Virus record (IMG/VR): IMGVR_UViG_3300017911_002159
Coordinates: 32,001-96,000 of that record
DNA: 64,000 nt
Direction: 5' to 3' (one strand)
Origin: a virus
Lineage: Duplodnaviria > Caudoviricetes
In this document: in pieces, positions 21,801-31,706 of the stretch
Layout: every line of letters begins with the position of its first letter
How positions within the stretch are numbered: the first letter of the stretch is position 1
Made by a program: the position numbers and the translations under genes
The notes under the pieces: model-generated
Database searches by the model: none
Told to the model about the DNA's origin: nothing
What the model saw: only the letters and a program-made list of their open reading frames with translations

Positions 21801-23150
21801 ATGAGCTTACAAGAACATGTTGTAAATAAGTGGTCTCCTCTGCTTGATCATCCAGATCTTCCAGAGATTGAAACCGGCCACAAGAGAAGTGTCACAGCAC
21901 AACTTCTCGAAAATACCGAGAGATCCCTGATGGAGCAAGCAGGTTTTGCACCACAGTCTCTCTTAGAAGCTGCCCCTGCCAACGCTATGGGTTCTTCTTC
22001 GTCTGTTGCTGGCGACGGTAACGTAGACATCTTCGATCCAGTACTTATTTCTCTGGTTCGTCGTTCCATGCCTAACCTCGTTGCTTACGACATTTGTGGC
22101 GTACAGCCAATGACTGGTCCTACAGGTCTGATCTTTGCTATGAGATCCAGATTTGATTCTCAGACTGGCGATGAGGCTCTGTACAACGAAGCAAACACTG
22201 GTTTCTCTTCGAACCCAATTGCTGCTCACGACAACGCTGTTGACGGTAACGCTGGCCAAAACCTTGGTGACCTTCCAACAGGTGAGTCGAACACTTACAA
22301 CTTCCAAGCTGGTATGTCTACTGCTGATGCTGAAGCACTCGGCGGTAACACCACCTACTCGATTCCAGAAATGGCATTCAGCATTGAGAAAGTGTCTGTG
22401 ACTGCTAAGTCCCGTGCACTGAAAGCTGAATACACAATGGAACTGGCACAAGACCTTAAGGCAATTCATGGTCTGGACGCTGAAACTGAGCTTGCAAATA
22501 TTCTGCAGGCTGAGATTCTGGCTGAAATCAACCGTGAAGTTGTCAGAACTATTAACCTGACCGCTGTTTCTGGTGCACAGAACAACGTTGCATCGTCCGG
22601 TACTTTCGACATGGACGTTGACTCCAACGGTCGTTGGATGGTTGAGAAGTTCAAGGGTCTGATGTTCCAGATCGAACGTGAAGCTAACAAGATTGCAAAA
22701 GACACCCGCCGTGGTAAGGGCAACATTCTGCTCTGTTCGTCGGACGTAGCTTCTGCTCTGCAAATGGCTGGTGTTCTGGACTACGCTCCTGCTCTGAACT
22801 CCAACAACCTTCAGGTTGACGACACAGGCCAGACTTTTGCTGGTGTCCTGAATGGTCGTATCAGAGTATACATCGATCCATACTTCACTGGCTCCGGTGC
22901 AAACCAGTACATGACCGTAGGCTACAAGGGTGCTAATGCCTTTGATGCTGGTCTGTTCTACTGCCCATACGTGCCACTGCAGATGGTAAGAGCAGTTGGT
23001 GAGAATAGCTTCCAGCCAAAGATCGGCTTCAAAACCCGTTACGGTATGGTTGCTAACCCATTTGCTGAAGGTGCTACCGCTGGTTCTGGTGCACTGACAC
23101 AAAACACCAACAAGTACTACAGAAGAGTAACTGTTGCTAACTTGATGTAA
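21801..23150 (+). CDS. 23: Major capsid protein gp23
   Basis: DPVLISLVRRSMPNL.AYDICGVQPMTGPTGLIFAMR; KSRALKAEY; FQPKIGFKTRYG. Confidence 0.97.
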   Translation: MSLQEHVVNKWSPLLDHPDLPEIETGHKRSVTAQLLENTERSLMEQAGFAPQSLLEAAPANAMGSSSSVAGDGNVDIFDPVLISLVRRSMPNLVAYDICGVQPMTGPTGLIFAMRSRFDSQTGDEALYNEANTGFSSNPIAAHDNAVDGNAGQNLGDLPTGESNTYNFQAGMSTADAEALGGNTTYSIPEMAFSIEKVSVTAKSRALKAEYTMELAQDLKAIHGLDAETELANILQAEILAEINREVVRTINLTAVSGAQNNVASSGTFDMDVDSNGRWMVEKFKGLMFQIEREANKIAKDTRRGKGNILLCSSDVASALQMAGVLDYAPALNSNNLQVDDTGQTFAGVLNGRIRVYIDPYFTGSGANQYMTVGYKGANAFDAGLFYCPYVPLQMVRAVGENSFQPKIGFKTRYGMVANPFAEGATAGSGALTQNTNKYYRRVTVANLM

Positions 23151-23176
23151 ACGAAACTGCACAAATACATTATGAT

Positions 23177-23203
23177 AAAAGGGGGCTTCGGCCCCCTTTT
23201 TTT
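23177..23203 (+). terminator. Intrinsic terminator after gp23
   Basis: GGGGGC-TTCG-GCCCCC followed by T7. Confidence 0.9.
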
Positions 23204-23204
23204 A

Positions 23205-23212
23205 TATAAATA
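23205..23212 (+). promoter_or_regulatory. Late promoter TATAAATA driving three orphan genes
   Basis: Exact consensus, then a GGAGG RBS before 23237. Confidence 0.8.
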
Positions 23213-23236
23213 GTCATAGATAATGCTGGAGGTCTT

Positions 23237-24622
23237 ATGTCTTACTCGAAAAATTTTATTAGAGAATTTAGTATATCACTTCCCGGTGGCAGCAGCGGTT
23301 CAAAGGCCCCCGGTACTATTTTTGGATTTGGTCAAAATATTGACATAGCTGGTCCTGCAGCATTTGTCTCAAAAAAAGCAACACAAGCTGCAATTGATAC
23401 AGCTACCTCAAGAGAAAACTTACTTAAGTTAGGTGCTGCTGCCTTAGTTGCTGGGGGAGCTTTAGGTTTAAGTGCAGGTCTTGGTGGTAGACTTGCAAAC
23501 TTAGGAAGAAAGAAAGAAATTGAAGAAGATAGAGCATCTTCTCAGCAAGGTTACGAGGCACAAATAAATCAAGCTATTGCAGCGGCAGACCCAAGTGATT
23601 TGGATCCTGCACAAAATGCAGCAAGAATTGCAGGGCCAGAGGGTCAGAAAGCAGTAGACGATGCTCTTAGATATGCAAATCCTGATACAACGAAGGGTGA
23701 GCAAGGTTTAAATCCTGTATCTAGGGCTGCTATTTCACAAGCCACAGGAATTAATATAGGCAAATTACCTAGAGCAGGAACTTTAGGCGGTGGAGATTCG
23801 GGAAATCCTCCTGCAGGTGTTGCCGTTGCTACAAGGGCTGCTGCTAGAGCAGCCGCAGATGCTAGAGATGCATACAACGATCCCTCTACAGGCTATAAAA
23901 AAACAATTGATCAAACAATAGCTAATATTAGAGGAACAAGATTCAATCCAACAGGTGGTGGTGGAACTAATCCAAGCATAGATTCTGACAGTCCTACTGT
24001 TAGAACCGTAGGTAATGCTATTTTAAATTCACCTATTGGTAAAGAGGGTGTAAGACAAGCTAAAATTGCACAAATTGGCACTCGAACAGGGGCTAAATCT
24101 CCAGATACTTTCATGGCTACAAGACAAAATACTGGTGTCGATAGAGAAGTTTTAGACCCTTCATCATCTAATCTAAGAAATATAGCTTCTGCAGGTGCAA
24201 AAGTATTTGGGTCAAATGTTTCATTGCCTTCAGGTGATGAAGCTGCTTCAGCTATTCAATCGTTTAATCCAGCAGAATTGATGGGTCAAGGTGCAAGTGT
24301 ACTCTCTGGAGTTTCGAAATCAGCACAACCGTATATTAAGGCATATGGTGGTAATCCACTTAATTTAATTGGATTAGGAAGTAACTTTAGACCTTCTGTT
24401 GGTGATATAGCTGCTATGAGAGGCGAGTTAAGATCTAATTTAGCTCCAATTGCTAAATCTATTAACAGATCCATTGGTGATGCTGGCGGACAGTCAGGTC
24501 TTAACCCTGCTTTCGATTATATCAGAACTACTAAACCTGAAGATATTGCAAATGCAAGCCAACAATTCGGTGCAAATCCAACAAGATTTGCCAGAGCACA
24601 AAGAAATCTCGGAGCAAAATAA
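23237..24622 (+). CDS. Ala/Gly-rich orphan late protein (MSYS..IRE family)
   Basis: MSYSKNFIRE N-terminus; hydrophobic GAAALVAGGALGLSAGLGG segment. Confidence 0.65.
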   Translation: MSYSKNFIREFSISLPGGSSGSKAPGTIFGFGQNIDIAGPAAFVSKKATQAAIDTATSRENLLKLGAAALVAGGALGLSAGLGGRLANLGRKKEIEEDRASSQQGYEAQINQAIAAADPSDLDPAQNAARIAGPEGQKAVDDALRYANPDTTKGEQGLNPVSRAAISQATGINIGKLPRAGTLGGGDSGNPPAGVAVATRAAARAAADARDAYNDPSTGYKKTIDQTIANIRGTRFNPTGGGGTNPSIDSDSPTVRTVGNAILNSPIGKEGVRQAKIAQIGTRTGAKSPDTFMATRQNTGVDREVLDPSSSNLRNIASAGAKVFGSNVSLPSGDEAASAIQSFNPAELMGQGASVLSGVSKSAQPYIKAYGGNPLNLIGLGSNFRPSVGDIAAMRGELRSNLAPIAKSINRSIGDAGGQSGLNPAFDYIRTTKPEDIANASQQFGANPTRFARAQRNLGAK

Positions 24623-24960
24623 TGAGTTATTCTAGAAGTTTAATTAGAGAAGTTACGGTTACAGCCACAAAAACCCAAGGCCCAACAATTGGACAAACTG
24701 GAACCACAGATGTTCCAGCTAGTCCTCTAGATGCTGATAAATTTAATGTAAGTGGTTTAGGTGCTGCTGGAGCAGATGCTCTAACAAAGACAGTAAGAAA
24801 CATCGGTTCCGATTTGTTTGGTACAGGTGGCATTTTTACAAAACCAAAAAATATTGCAATTGCTGCTGCTGTCCCGTTGTCAATTGGAGCATTGAGTTCG
24901 GTTGGTAGAAGAATTGGTAATATTGGTCGTAGAAGAGAAGAAGACAGAAGGTTCAGATAA
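24622..24960 (+). CDS. Small orphan late protein (MSYS..IRE family)
   Basis: MSYSRSLIRE; coupled TAATG; hydrophobic segment plus basic tail. Confidence 0.65.
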   Translation: MSYSRSLIREVTVTATKTQGPTIGQTGTTDVPASPLDADKFNVSGLGAAGADALTKTVRNIGSDLFGTGGIFTKPKNIAIAAAVPLSIGALSSVGRRIGNIGRRREEDRRFR

Positions 24961-25286
24961 TGTATAGCCGTAAACTTCTCAAAGAATTACAAGAAGCTGG
25001 TAAAGATGATCTTTACTACAGACAAGTAGATTTTGACCCCTATGCACCAAGATACACTGTTCCACAGTTAGCAACAACCGCAGGTGGTATAGCAGGAACA
25101 ACCCTTGGTTCTCAGCTAGGTATGAGATTGGGCCAGTCTACAGGTATTCCCGGTGCTGGACTTGCAGGGTTAGGTATTGGTGGTGCTCTTGGCGGTGCCT
25201 TAGGTTCTATTGGTGCTTACCAACTAGCAAAGGCTGCAAGACCTAAAAAGAAGAAGCAAAAGAAACTGATACAGTATTATAGATAA
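24960..25286 (+). CDS. Glycine-zipper protein
   Basis: MYSRKLLKELQE; GxxxGxxxG runs; KKKKQKK tail. Confidence 0.65.
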   Translation: MYSRKLLKELQEAGKDDLYYRQVDFDPYAPRYTVPQLATTAGGIAGTTLGSQLGMRLGQSTGIPGAGLAGLGIGGALGGALGSIGAYQLAKAARPKKKKQKKLIQYYR

Positions 25287-25822
25287 TGTCAATTTCAGAA
25301 TCACAACCAGCATCTTTAAACTATATTCAACCGAATAATTTTACTTTTCGGATTAAAAGACTTCCTGACTTAAATTTCACAATTCAGTCCTGTAATGTTC
25401 CCGGCATTTCTGTTGGTAGAGTTGATCAGCCTAACCCTGTTCAGGGTGCACCTTTACAGGGCGACAGAATGTTTTTTGCAGATCTTTCGGTTGCTTTTCT
25501 TGTAGATGAAAACTTAAAAAACTACCGTGAGATTTTTACTTGGATGAGCAGAATCACAAACCAAAGTTGGCATCCCGGTTCTTATCATTACAAAACTTTA
25601 AGAGATGCACAGCCGGGTGATGATGTTGGTTTATTCTCTGATATCACAATGAATATCTTGACTTCTGCAAAAAATCCTAATATAAGATTAAAGTTTACTG
25701 ATGCTTTTCCTATTCAGTTGTCTGATTTAATCTTTGACTCTCAATCAGATCCTTCTGCATTTGCAAAAGCACAAGTAGTATTTACTTATAAGGATTATGA
25801 TTTTGAAGTCGTTGGTGGTTAA
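25286..25822 (+). CDS. 3: Tail tube terminator/completion protein gp3
   Basis: F.IQSCNVPGI; FLVDENLKNY.EI..W; F.DAFP..LS.L.F. Confidence 0.85.
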   Translation: MSISESQPASLNYIQPNNFTFRIKRLPDLNFTIQSCNVPGISVGRVDQPNPVQGAPLQGDRMFFADLSVAFLVDENLKNYREIFTWMSRITNQSWHPGSYHYKTLRDAQPGDDVGLFSDITMNILTSAKNPNIRLKFTDAFPIQLSDLIFDSQSDPSAFAKAQVVFTYKDYDFEVVGG

Positions 25823-26256
25823 TGAAGATAGATGACATTTATGATTTGTGGAGAGAAGACAGTTATTTTGAACGTGATGAACTGACAGAAGAAACTCTTA
25901 AAATCCCACAACTACATTCTAAGTATCTCAGAATTTTATCTGGTGAAAGAATCAGACTTAAAATGTTAGAGTCTGAAAGCAAAAAACTCTACAAAAATAA
26001 GCATGAGTACTATCGGGGTGATCTTGACGAAGATACTCTGAAGGAAAAGGGTTGGGAACAAAACCCCCTTAAAATCCTTAGACAAGATTTGGATATGTAT
26101 ATCCAACAGGACCAAGACATGTCAGAAATTTCATCGAAGATTGAAATGCAAAAAGAGAAAGTGTCTATTTTGGAGTCTATTTTACAACAAATAAATAATA
26201 GAGGGTATCAGATCAAATCTATTATTGATTGGGAAAAATTTAAAGCTGGTGTATGA
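25822..26256 (+). CDS. uvsY: Recombination mediator UvsY
   Basis: IPQLHSKYL; INNRGYQIKSIIDWEKF. Confidence 0.9.
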   Translation: MKIDDIYDLWREDSYFERDELTEETLKIPQLHSKYLRILSGERIRLKMLESESKKLYKNKHEYYRGDLDEDTLKEKGWEQNPLKILRQDLDMYIQQDQDMSEISSKIEMQKEKVSILESILQQINNRGYQIKSIIDWEKFKAGV

Positions 26257-27677
26257 TTAATATTGAAAAGATAAACGATGTATATATTAGAATAGATTGT
26301 GAAGAAGACGTTGCTTACGAGCTAAGTGACAAGTTTACCTTTGATGTTCCCGGTGCAAAATTTTCTCCAGCTTACAAGAAAAAGCTTTGGGACGGTAAAA
26401 TACGTTTATTCAACATAAGAAAAAGAACTATTTACGCTGGATTAGTAGAAACAGTAAAAAGTTTTTTTGACGAGAAAGAATATGAATATAACGTAGGTTT
26501 TGATTACGATTCTTCAAAAATTGATTTTGAATCTCTTATCAAAGAAATAAATCTACCAGATAATATTCAACCCAGAGACTACCAAAGAAAAGCTGTAGAA
26601 CATGCAGTGTCAAAGTCCAGAGGACTTTTGCTGTCTCCGACAGCATCTGGTAAGTCACTTATCATCTATATTCTTACTAGATTTTATGAGAGTAAAACTC
26701 TTATAATTGTTCCTACTACTTCTCTCGTTTATCAGATGAGAGATGATTTTGTTTCTTATGGATATGACATAGATAAGATTCACTGTATCATGGCAGGACA
26801 AGATAAGGTTACTGATAAGCCTATCGTTATATCAACTTGGCAATCTATCCATAAGTCTAATAAAGATTTCTATGATCCTTACAAAGTCATTATAGGCGAT
26901 GAAGCTCACTTGTTCAAGGCAAAATCTTTAACAACGATCATGGAAAAAACTGTTTCGGTCCCTTACAAGTTTGGGTTTACCGGAACACTGGATGGATCTC
27001 AGACCAACAAGCTTGTTTTAGAAGGACTTTTTGGGTCTGTCTTTAGGGTGACAACGACAAAGGAGTTGATGGATTCAAACTACCTAGCCAATGTTGGTGT
27101 CAAGTGTATAACACTCAACCACCCCAAAGAAGCTAGAAACCTTGTCAAAGGTTCTACGTATCAACAAGAGATCGATTATCTTTGCATCAACCCACAAAGA
27201 AATAATTTTATAAAAAATCTTGCATTATCTTGTAATGGTAATACACTGGTTCTGTTTCAGATGGTCGAGAAGCAAGGGAAGCTGCTTTACGATCTTATTA
27301 AAGAAAATGGTAGGGATGTTTTTTATGTTGATGGCAACACAAAGGCTGAAGACCGTGAGAGTGTTAGGAAGTATGCAGAGGAGAATCAAAATGTGATTAT
27401 TATCGCCTCCTATGGCGTTTTTAGTACGGGAGTAAACATCAAAAATTTGCATAACGTGATTTTTGCCTCTCCCTCAAAATCAAGAATCAGAAACCTACAA
27501 TCTATCGGTAGGGGTCTGAGACGGTCTTCGGAAAAGGATAAGGCGGTTGTCTACGATATTTCAGATGATTTAAGACAGAGAAACAAAGACAACTACACAC
27601 TTCAACATTTCAAAGAGAGATTGAGAATTTATTCTGAAGAAAAATTTAAATTTAAAGTGTATGAGTATAAATTATGA
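26253..27677 (+). CDS. uvsW: SF2 helicase UvsW
   Basis: WDGKIRLF; SPTASGKS; DEAH; QSIGRGLR. Confidence 0.95.
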   Translation: MINIEKINDVYIRIDCEEDVAYELSDKFTFDVPGAKFSPAYKKKLWDGKIRLFNIRKRTIYAGLVETVKSFFDEKEYEYNVGFDYDSSKIDFESLIKEINLPDNIQPRDYQRKAVEHAVSKSRGLLLSPTASGKSLIIYILTRFYESKTLIIVPTTSLVYQMRDDFVSYGYDIDKIHCIMAGQDKVTDKPIVISTWQSIHKSNKDFYDPYKVIIGDEAHLFKAKSLTTIMEKTVSVPYKFGFTGTLDGSQTNKLVLEGLFGSVFRVTTTKELMDSNYLANVGVKCITLNHPKEARNLVKGSTYQQEIDYLCINPQRNNFIKNLALSCNGNTLVLFQMVEKQGKLLYDLIKENGRDVFYVDGNTKAEDRESVRKYAEENQNVIIIASYGVFSTGVNIKNLHNVIFASPSKSRIRNLQSIGRGLRRSSEKDKAVVYDISDDLRQRNKDNYTLQHFKERLRIYSEEKFKFKVYEYKL

Positions 27678-28165
27678 CAAAAAAGAAAAAGTCGGTAAAT
27701 TATATCGACAACAAAACATTTTACAGAAGATTGGTCGAATATCAGGAAGAGTGTAGAAACGCAGAGGACATGCCTATAATTCCTAATGACATTGCTATTT
27801 GTATTAGTGACATTGCAAATCGTCTTGCCACCAAACCAAATTTTTCTGGATACATTTTTAAAGAGGATATGATTGGTGACGGCATTGAAAATGCATTGGA
27901 TGCTGTGTTAAAGTTCAATCCTGAAAAATCTGAAAATCCATTTGCTTATTTCACACAAATAATCTGGTATGCTTTTCTCAGAAAAATCGAGAAGGAAAAA
28001 AAGCTTCTTCTAATCAAGAAAAAATACTATGATCATAAGTACATCAATCAGGAGCTTGTGGACTACTCACTCTCGGACAAGACCAAGATTCCTTACTCAG
28101 ACACTTATGTTCAAAACGACTACATGGATGATCTAGAAAAAAGGCACGACGAAAAGAATGGCTAA
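27674..28165 (+). CDS. 55: Late sigma factor gp55
   Basis: NF.GY.FKEDMI.DGIEN; NPFAYFTQI.WYAFLRKI.KEKK. Confidence 0.93.
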   Translation: MTKKKKSVNYIDNKTFYRRLVEYQEECRNAEDMPIIPNDIAICISDIANRLATKPNFSGYIFKEDMIGDGIENALDAVLKFNPEKSENPFAYFTQIIWYAFLRKIEKEKKLLLIKKKYYDHKYINQELVDYSLSDKTKIPYSDTYVQNDYMDDLEKRHDEKNG

Positions 28166-29207
28166 AATTGCCTTGATAGCTGATACACACTATGGTGTCA
28201 GAAATGATAACGTGAATTATTATGAACACTTTTCTAAGTTTTTTGATAACATTTTTTTCCCGTACCTCAAAGAACACAAGATTCAAAAGGTTGTTCATTT
28301 AGGTGATGTTGTAGATAGAAGAAAGTACATCAACTTTCTCACAGCACATCATCTTAGAAAATCTTTTCTAGAGCCGTTGGAAGATCTAGGTATCGAGACT
28401 GACATCATCGTTGGTAACCACGATACCTACTATAAAAATACAAACGAAATAAATGCAATTGATGAGGTTGTTAGAAGATACTCAAACGTAAACTTCTACA
28501 AAGATCCTATTGAAGTTGATTTGCTGGGTATCCCGACACTTTATCTTCCTTGGATCTGTAACCAGAATCGTAAAAGTAGTATCGACCTTATCAAGACCAC
28601 TGATGCCAAACTCTGCATAGGTCATCTAGAAATCGAAGGCTTTTTGATGCAGCCGGGGCAGGTCAATAAGGAAGGCATAAATCCTTCGATGTTCGACAAA
28701 TTCAACAAAACACTGTCTGGTCATTTTCACTTAAGATCTTCAAATAAAAACATTTACTATCTTGGTTGTCCCTACCAGATGAACTGGTCAGACTATGGCT
28801 TGGTAAAAGGATTTCATATCCTAGACTCAGAGACACAAGATCTAGAGTTCGTAAAAAATCCTTATGATATGTACACAAGGATAACTATCGACTCACCATT
28901 CAAAGCTGAAAAGTATCTTAACAAGCAATCTATAAAAGATCACTACGTCAAAATTGTAATTAAAGAAAATATTGACGGAATTGTTCTTGATGATTTTGTT
29001 TCTAAAGTTGAGGCTCTATCACCGTATGAGGTTAAGATCGTTGATGAGACTATGGTTCATCAACGTGAAACCATCGATATCGAACACCTTGAGGATACGC
29101 AGCAAATTATATCTAACTACATAAAATCAATTGACACTTCAGTAGATGATGATAAGCTCACTGACAAAATTCTTGACTTATATCATAGAGCTATGAATGC
29201 TGAGTAA
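28158..29207 (+). CDS. 47: Mre11/SbcD-like nuclease gp47
   Basis: DTHYG; HLGD; GNHD; GHL; SGHFH. Confidence 0.93.
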   Translation: MAKIALIADTHYGVRNDNVNYYEHFSKFFDNIFFPYLKEHKIQKVVHLGDVVDRRKYINFLTAHHLRKSFLEPLEDLGIETDIIVGNHDTYYKNTNEINAIDEVVRRYSNVNFYKDPIEVDLLGIPTLYLPWICNQNRKSSIDLIKTTDAKLCIGHLEIEGFLMQPGQVNKEGINPSMFDKFNKTLSGHFHLRSSNKNIYYLGCPYQMNWSDYGLVKGFHILDSETQDLEFVKNPYDMYTRITIDSPFKAEKYLNKQSIKDHYVKIVIKENIDGIVLDDFVSKVEALSPYEVKIVDETMVHQRETIDIEHLEDTQQIISNYIKSIDTSVDDDKLTDKILDLYHRAMNAE

Positions 29208-30922
29208 TGCATATTGAATTTAAAAATGTTAGATGGAAAAATTTTCTCAGTACAGGCAACGTTTACACAAATGTTGATCTGAACAAACACAAAACACGTC
29301 TGATTATTGGCAGCAATGGCTCTGGCAAATCTACAATTTTAGATGCCTTAACCTTTTGCTTATACAACAAACCTTTTAGAAAAATTAACAAGCCTCAGTT
29401 GATAAACTCTATCAACAAAAAAGATTGTTCTGTGGAAGTTGAGTTTGATACGGGCGGTCATAAATACAAAGTATCAAGAGGAATAAAGCCCAACTTCTTT
29501 AACATCGAGAGGGATGGGAAACTTCTTGATCAAGACGCTGCCACAAAAGATTTTCAAAACATTCTAGAAAGAAACATTCTAAAGCTTAACTACAAGTCGT
29601 TTTGCCAAGTTGTTGTGGTTGGATCTGCTTCCTTTGTTCCTTTTATGCAGCTTACTGCAGCCTCTCGTAGAGAGGTTATCGAGGACATTCTAGATATTAA
29701 GATATTCTCTAGAATGAGTTCACTCGTAAAGGATGATGTTACATCTTTGAAAAATGCTATCACTGATAATGTCTCAAAAAGAAATTTTCAGGAAGAAAAG
29801 ATTAACATGTTCAAAGAGTCTCAGAAAAAATTAGAACGAAACACTGAAGAACTTATAGAGAAACACAACAAAAAGATTGATGAAGTCGGCACAAAAATTA
29901 AAGAAATTCAAGAGCAAGTAGATATTTTAGTCGATGAAGTTTCTGGTTCTGCAGATATTGAGAAAGAGAATGCTGATCTTCAAAAAAATCATAGAGAAAT
30001 CGAGAAACTTGAAACTTCTTTAAACGTAAAGATAAACAACTTAGAAAAGATTATAAACTTCTACGATAACAATGAAGACTGTCCTACCTGTCGGCAAACA
30101 ATTGAGGACAGCTTTAAACTTAAAGAACAGAGCAATAGTAGAAAAAAGTCTGAAGAGTGTAAAGAAGCACTTAAATCTTTGTCACAGAAGAATGAAAAGG
30201 TTCAGGAAAGAATATCTTCTATTGCTAGTCGTTTAAAAGAAATCTCACGTAAAAATTCTGAGATATCTGAAAAGAATAATCAAATTTCTTTTTACAACAA
30301 CAATATCAAAGAAATTGTTAGTGAGGTTCAAAGACTTCAAGAAGATAAAAATGTCATCAGAAATGATGCAAAGCTTGCTGAGCTAGAGAAAGAATATAAA
30401 GATCTAAGATCACAATATTCTTCTTTGAAAGATGAGGCAAAGGTTCTTGAGGTAGCTGTTTCTTTATTGAAGGACTCGGGTATCAAGTCTTCAATAATAA
30501 AACAATATATTCCTGTGGTGAACAATCTTATTAATCAGTATTTGCAGTCTATGGACTTTTTTGTAAAATTTGAACTGGATGAAAATTTTGCAGAAACAAT
30601 ACTGTCTCGTCACAGAGATATTTTTAGCTATGAATCTTTTTCCGAAGGTGAGAAGTTCAGAATTGATCTGGCTCTTCTGTTCACTTGGAGAAAGATAGCT
30701 AAGCTGAAAAATAGTGTATCGACCAATATCCTAATTATGGATGAAGTTTTTGATTCGTCTCTTGACTCTAGTGGGACGGACGATTTTATGAAACTGATTA
30801 ACGATACCGACGAAATGTCAAACATTCTGATCATCTCACATAAGGGTGATCAGTTACATGATGCTTTTGATAATGTTATGAAATTTGAAAAGATGAAAGG
30901 ATTTAGTAGGGTGGCTGCATGA
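29207..30922 (+). CDS. 46: Rad50/SbcC-like ATPase gp46
   Basis: GSNGSGKST; CPTC zinc hook; FSEGE; MDEVFD; ISH. Confidence 0.95.
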   Translation: MHIEFKNVRWKNFLSTGNVYTNVDLNKHKTRLIIGSNGSGKSTILDALTFCLYNKPFRKINKPQLINSINKKDCSVEVEFDTGGHKYKVSRGIKPNFFNIERDGKLLDQDAATKDFQNILERNILKLNYKSFCQVVVVGSASFVPFMQLTAASRREVIEDILDIKIFSRMSSLVKDDVTSLKNAITDNVSKRNFQEEKINMFKESQKKLERNTEELIEKHNKKIDEVGTKIKEIQEQVDILVDEVSGSADIEKENADLQKNHREIEKLETSLNVKINNLEKIINFYDNNEDCPTCRQTIEDSFKLKEQSNSRKKSEECKEALKSLSQKNEKVQERISSIASRLKEISRKNSEISEKNNQISFYNNNIKEIVSEVQRLQEDKNVIRNDAKLAELEKEYKDLRSQYSSLKDEAKVLEVAVSLLKDSGIKSSIIKQYIPVVNNLINQYLQSMDFFVKFELDENFAETILSRHRDIFSYESFSEGEKFRIDLALLFTWRKIAKLKNSVSTNILIMDEVFDSSLDSSGTDDFMKLINDTDEMSNILIISHKGDQLHDAFDNVMKFEKMKGFSRVAA

Positions 30923-31413
30923 AATTAGAAATTGTCGATAGAAAACATCCTTTGTTGACTACAAAGCTTGATCCGTTTGATTTTAACAACCCGATTCATG
31001 ATCCTAAAGAATTAGCTATTGAGATGGTTAATGTTATCAGAAAATATAAACTGGTGGCATTATCTGCTAATGAAGTTGGCATAAACACAAGATTGATAGT
31101 TTTGGATACAGATCCAATCTACGCCATGTTCAATCCGATGATTACAAACACTTTTGGCGAAGAGGTCTATCTGGAAGAAACAGATATCTCTAGGTCTGAT
31201 ATTGTTTGTAAAGTCAAAAGACCTTCTTCGGTTAGGGTAAGATTTCAAGATATTGAATCTGCATTTAATGCACAAAAGTTTGCTGGGCTTACAGCAAGAA
31301 ATCTTTTACATCATTTAGACAATATCGACGGAGTAGTTTTTTACAACAAGGCCACAGCCTTCCATCGACAAAAAGCTCTTAAGAACATGAAAAAACTATC
31401 AGGTGTAAAATGA
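30919..31413 (+). CDS. Peptide deformylase homolog, catalytic motifs altered
   Basis: Overall PDF pattern (HP.L; FNP.I; VKRP..VRV; G.TAR), but the motifs read ALSANEVG / EETDIS / HHLDN. Confidence 0.75.
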   Translation: MKLEIVDRKHPLLTTKLDPFDFNNPIHDPKELAIEMVNVIRKYKLVALSANEVGINTRLIVLDTDPIYAMFNPMITNTFGEEVYLEETDISRSDIVCKVKRPSSVRVRFQDIESAFNAQKFAGLTARNLLHHLDNIDGVVFYNKATAFHRQKALKNMKKLSGVK

Positions 31414-31706
31414 CAGAGTTTAAGTTTGATGAAGATAAGATTCTTGATGAAGTTTATCATTATCTTTCTTCGACCTATAGCCAACACTATACGTCTAATA
31501 AGTCGAACATTCAGGCAGTCGATATCTGGAATTCGTTAGGAACTCTAGAAAGCACAGCACGTGATAATGCCTTAAAATATTTGCTTAGATACGGAAAAAA
31601 AGATGGTAAGAACAGAAAAGATTTGCTAAAAGCAATTCATTATATTGTGCTTATGATTTACACTTTGAATGAGGAAGAACAAGATGTTACTACACCCCAA
31701 ATCTGA
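31410..31706 (+). CDS. DUF3310-like protein
   Basis: TY.QHY; NALKYL.RYGKKDG; DL.KA.HY. Confidence 0.7.
   Translation: MTEFKFDEDKILDEVYHYLSSTYSQHYTSNKSNIQAVDIWNSLGTLESTARDNALKYLLRYGKKDGKNRKDLLKAIHYIVLMIYTLNEEEQDVTTPQI

Noticed and set aside
21963-23162. 399-aa antisense ORF over gp23
   Set aside because: Shadow frame produced by the strong codon bias of the capsid gene; no RBS, promoter or recognisable motif.
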